Made by a program: the position numbers and the translations under genes
The notes under the pieces: generated by a model
Told to the model about the DNA's origin: nothing
What the model saw: only the letters and a program-made list of their open reading frames with translations
Database searches by the model: none
In this document: positions 28,637 through 32,000 of the stretch, piece by piece
Numbering within the stretch: position 1 is the stretch's first letter
Layout of the letters: each line of letters opens with the position of its first letter
DNA from: Nitrosospira multiformis ATCC 25196
GTDB lineage: Bacteria > Pseudomonadota > Gammaproteobacteria > Burkholderiales > Nitrosomonadaceae
Direction: 5' to 3'
Length of the DNA stretch: 32,000 bases
Assembly: GCF_000196355.1 (NCBI RefSeq)
Contig: NC_007614.1
Span: 90,001-122,000, forward strand

Positions 28637-29514
28637 TCTTCAATCCTTGTGCTCTTTCTTATTCCTAAAGTGTCATTTCTGGTGGGTTGCTCATTGAGAT
28701 AGAACAATGCCTGTGCGAATCTCATTAACACAGGTTTCAAGGATAGAAGACTTAATGGCATCAGATAAAACAAGGTAATCTCGGTATTCAAGTATTTCCT
28801 TCTCATAACTTTTCTCTGCTTCATACCACAAAGCCTATTTGACTACTGGAGGAAACTCTAAATTAGAAGTTTCAACGAACCAAAACCACACCAGCACAGC
28901 TCGTAGTATCACTAGGCAAATCACGCAGATCGTACTTCAGAAATATAAAAAATACCTTTAAATATCAATACCATAAAGTGATAATTAAATTATACGAAAA
29001 TTGCCGTGCACGTTAAAATTATCGTTAAGTAGGTGGTCAGGAGCTTTTTTTGTTTGATTCAGTTGATGTTACAACGTGGTGAAATACGCCTACTGCCAAA
29101 TAGAGTTAGCAACGACAGCGTGAGATTTATTCAAAAAGCTCTCCAACTGCTCAAGAAACCTTTGTATTTTTACTAAATAGGATTGAGCAGAGCTAAGCTG
29201 CTTAACTACAAGGCTTGGCATACTTGTTTTTATTATTCAATAACAGCACAACGATTTTGGCATCTATCTGGATGGATCGCAGTGGACGTGAGCAATTTGG
29301 GCAGAATCAAAACCAGTAAGTAAGATGGTTAGTTGAGTCCTGTCTGTAATTCCAGTAATCAGTAGTACAAGATTTAAGACAGAAAGATTAGAGATTCTAA
29401 AAGAAAAGATGAAGATCAGAAGACATTATCAGGAAATAATGGAATTCCTTAGATCATTAAGAAAGAATTCTATTCAAGTTCATTAATAAAAATTGATCAA
29501 TAAGGAAATCAGGA

Positions 29515-30090
29515 ATGAAAAGAACAATAATCAATAAAGAAGAGGTGGCAGATTGGATTCGAGAGGTAGGTACAAATGGAGTAATGCTAACGATCAGTGA
29601 ACCACATGCAAAGTTGAAATATTTGAATCTTGAGCAAGCACACATGGAGCCCATAGTTAGTCGCATTATCGAATTAGCTAGTAAAGTTGTATATGGAAAG
29701 CACAAGAGATTCGAAGCGTTGGAGGGATTAGTCGTTTGTGAGAGCCCCATATTTCGTCCTCACTTTCATATTGTCTTCAAGAAGCCAGAGACGATAGATA
29801 AAGTGAAATTCAAGGATAAACTGACGAAACTTGCTATCCGACTATGTAATAAAAAATTCAGATTCGATCTGTCGGATTCAAATTTACCAGAAGGGCTAAA
29901 GAAAGTGATGGCATTTCCCTGCTACGATAGGTTTGTGGAAGTAACTAATACTCACAAAAACACTGGGAGCTATTTGACAAAAGAGCATGCAAACTATTAC
30001 TTATTAACCGGAAGGAAGCTGGTTTTGAAGGATAGCAAAATCGAGTTATCTATGAAGCTCTATGGGGCAACATTAAGCCCAGTTCTCTAG
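29515..30090 (+). CDS. Putative HUH-superfamily rolling-circle replication/relaxase-type endonuclease
   Basis: 191 aa with the three HUH motifs in order: motif I VMLTIS (23-28), motif II H83-F84-H85-IVF, motif III Y153-L-T-K156. Confidence 0.65.
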   Translation: MKRTIINKEEVADWIREVGTNGVMLTISEPHAKLKYLNLEQAHMEPIVSRIIELASKVVYGKHKRFEALEGLVVCESPIFRPHFHIVFKKPETIDKVKFKDKLTKLAIRLCNKKFRFDLSDSNLPEGLKKVMAFPCYDRFVEVTNTHKNTGSYLTKEHANYYLLTGRKLVLKDSKIELSMKLYGATLSPVL

Positions 30091-30202
30091 TCAATTGCTG
30101 AAAAGGTACCTGCCTCAGAAGCCCTGGAGCTGCTTGGAGCCGTAGATGTCTGGGCTCGGAATAAGTCTTCATGTTAATTAGCGAGTCTGGCGGATACAAA
30201 TT

Positions 30203-30234
30203 AGGTAAGTTGGAGGCCTTGTACCTCCTGACCT
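30203..30234 (+). other. Imperfect stem-loop downstream of the HUH gene
   Basis: AGGT-aagtt-GGAGG-ccttgta-CCTCC-tg-ACCT. Both halves are complementary, and there is no poly-T tract typical of an intrinsic terminator. Confidence 0.4.
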
Positions 30235-30419
30235 GCCCCTCCCATTAGTTTCATGACGTAGTAGAGTCCGATTGTAAATTAAAACTACCCCAGTTTCTGG
30301 GGATGAGGTCAGGATATCTCAGCCCTGTAGACTTTGAAAGAACTCAATTAGCTTAGCTGTGCGTCTTCAAAACCGGCAACAGCCCAAGACTTCAAACCCC
30401 ATTACCGCGAAGCGTTAGG

Positions 30420-31574
30420 TTATTTTTGTAAAACGGAAAAGGCTGCCCTCTGGATCGTAGTGAGCCTCTGATCAACCATTAATTCCTTAATTATCTTTCT
30501 ATTTTGTTCAGTAAGGCTCGCTTGATCGGTATTAGGATACGCTTCCTTCATCCCAGCAATATCAATCTTCGATAACGTCCGGTTTGGTGGGATATAGCAA
30601 GAACCAGTTTTAGGCAAGGGTTGCTTGAAAATTATGTATGGCAATGCGTAATGCATGATTGAGTTTGGATCATATACGGTATAGGCCACTTTGCCATCAG
30701 GGGAATCTCCCACTTTAAACCCATTCTTCATACCAGTTAGCGATGAAACTTCAATTCTATGGAAGTTTTCTTTTATCTCACTATCGTCCCATCTGTATAT
30801 TTGTTTTATCTTTCCCGTATCCATTTGAGCTTCACAGTCTGCAGCTGGTGTTTGATGTTCATGATGAAAGCCTAGCGCATGCCCAAATTCGTGTAATACA
30901 GTAGTAGCAAATTCTGGATCCTTGGGATCACGAGAATCAAAATCCTGAAGACCCATACTAGGAGCAGATACTCTATACATAGAGTCCGTCCCGATCAAAG
31001 ACCAATAACCTTTCGTACGGAATGTAATTCGAATATTACTACTTTCATTTGGAGAACAGGTTCTGTAAGCGGGGGCAACTCCGAAATCAAATTTAACGTT
31101 ACCGTGATTCGTCCAAGTTTTAGCAAATTCTACAATAGCTGGCCTCGCAGTTTTCCCTTCCTCATAAAAGCAAATCTTTACTATTGTGCCTGGGTCCCAA
31201 GTTTTAGCACGCAGAATTACAGCTTCGACTTTCTTTTTGTCGGCTTCAGTTAGACCATATATATTTTGAGATCCGGCCTCTCTAGCTAGAGCAGAAGCAA
31301 TGACAATAGCATGACTCTGATCTTTCATGGCGATTAACGTCGCGCGTTCGGAGTTGCGCAGTTGCGAATTTTCGTCTTTATCGCTGCTAATTTGATCGGG
31401 TGCAGGTGTCGAATTTCTTAGTCCGGTGGAGTCCGATATATTCGATAAGTTTTCCGATTTTAACCCCGGCAAGTCGTGCGCCACTGCGACGTTCGTAAGC
31501 CCAAATACAATAAGTACAAGATTACAGCGAATAATTGCGGATCTACAGTCAGCAAAGTTAAAAATGTTTAACAT
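30420..31574 (-). CDS. Exported astacin-like (M12A/metzincin) zinc metalloprotease
   Basis: Signal peptide, HEFGHALGFHHEHQTP zinc-binding motif (HExxHxxGxxHEH) and SIMHYALP Met-turn. Confidence 0.88.
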   Translation of the reverse strand: MLNIFNFADCRSAIIRCNLVLIVFGLTNVAVAHDLPGLKSENLSNISDSTGLRNSTPAPDQISSDKDENSQLRNSERATLIAMKDQSHAIVIASALAREAGSQNIYGLTEADKKKVEAVILRAKTWDPGTIVKICFYEEGKTARPAIVEFAKTWTNHGNVKFDFGVAPAYRTCSPNESSNIRITFRTKGYWSLIGTDSMYRVSAPSMGLQDFDSRDPKDPEFATTVLHEFGHALGFHHEHQTPAADCEAQMDTGKIKQIYRWDDSEIKENFHRIEVSSLTGMKNGFKVGDSPDGKVAYTVYDPNSIMHYALPYIIFKQPLPKTGSCYIPPNRTLSKIDIAGMKEAYPNTDQASLTEQNRKIIKELMVDQRLTTIQRAAFSVLQK

Positions 31575-31813
31575 CGTTCGCTCCTAAGCAGAAAAGGCGT
31601 ACTCGTCTTCGTGATCCGCTAGACAAATGGTGATTCTGGGATTTTTAAGTTGATCCTATTTAAAACAGGTTTCTGCCATATGGTCTGAGCTGCTGTCGAT
31701 TTTAAAGAAGACGTAAAACTAGGCGACCCTGGTAAGGCGGAGCGCTTTGCCTATCATGGCCTGTGATCCGCAAGTACTGGCAGCCGCAGTTCACTTAAAT
31801 ACCTCCAACGCAG

Positions 31814-31999
31814 TTATTTTTTCATGTCCTCCAAGTTTTTCCTTGCCTCTAGAAGTTGCCGCCGTGCGTCAAGGTATGCTGCTTCATTGGCAGCCGATTC
31901 CTTTGCAGTGTCAAATCTTCCGGTAATTGCTTGGGCAACACCGTTGAGAAGACTGAGGGGTGTCGTTATAAGTCCGTATATTTCACTCGGATAATCTAA
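31814..31999 (-). CDS. Hypothetical protein, C-terminal 61 aa only (continues off the right edge)
   Basis: Reverse-strand frame open from the window end: LDYPSEIYGLITTPLSLLNGVAQAITGRFDTAKESAANEAAYLDARRQLLEARKNLEDMKK*. Amphipathic and compositionally protein-like. Absent from the supplied ORF track. Confidence 0.5.
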   Translation of the reverse strand, partial: LDYPSEIYGLITTPLSLLNGVAQAITGRFDTAKESAANEAAYLDARRQLLEARKNLEDMKK

Positions 32000-32000
32000 C

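Noticed and set aside
28570-28824. 84-aa minus-strand ORF upstream of the trypsin-like protease
   Set aside because: Overlaps the protease N-terminus and has no Shine-Dalgarno or domain-like pattern.
1-32000. tRNA or rRNA genes, including one at the island boundary
   Set aside because: No tRNA cloverleaf or rRNA signature recognised by eye; integration is in a protein gene. A tRNAscan/Infernal run would settle this.

Overview
The window has two parts. Positions 1 to about 23.5 kb are dense, high-GC, chromosomal-type sequence. The likely host is a Betaproteobacterium, inferred from gene content such as the DUF3460 protein; the species was not determined. Readable genes are LPS transport/Kdo synthesis (lptA partial, lptC, kdsC), ispH, a BtuF-like binding protein, a divergent DAHP synthase-like gene, miaA, a BON-domain lipoprotein, a collinear fatty-acid beta-oxidation cluster (FadE, FadD-like ligase, hotdog thioesterase, FadN-type HAD/ECH fusion, thiolase), a DUF3460 protein, an SDR, a spermidine-synthase-like protein, an 11-unit Sel1 protein, a decayed DUF445 gene and the 3' two-thirds of a comM/yifB gene. 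At about 23,535 the comM reading frame is broken, immediately 5' of its Walker A coding region. More AT-rich sequence follows, starting 28 bp later with a large serine recombinase, and this looks like the left edge of an integrated island. Its visible cargo is an IS3-family element, a DUF2971 protein, a GxSGG trypsin-like protease, a small protein carrying all three HUH rolling-circle endonuclease motifs in order, an exported astacin-like metalloprotease, and the 3' end of one more gene at the window edge. The right end of the island is not visible. The best candidate for something under-described is this comM-targeting island, especially the small HUH protein with its structured, AT-rich non-coding flanks. 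I cannot show that these genes form one system.
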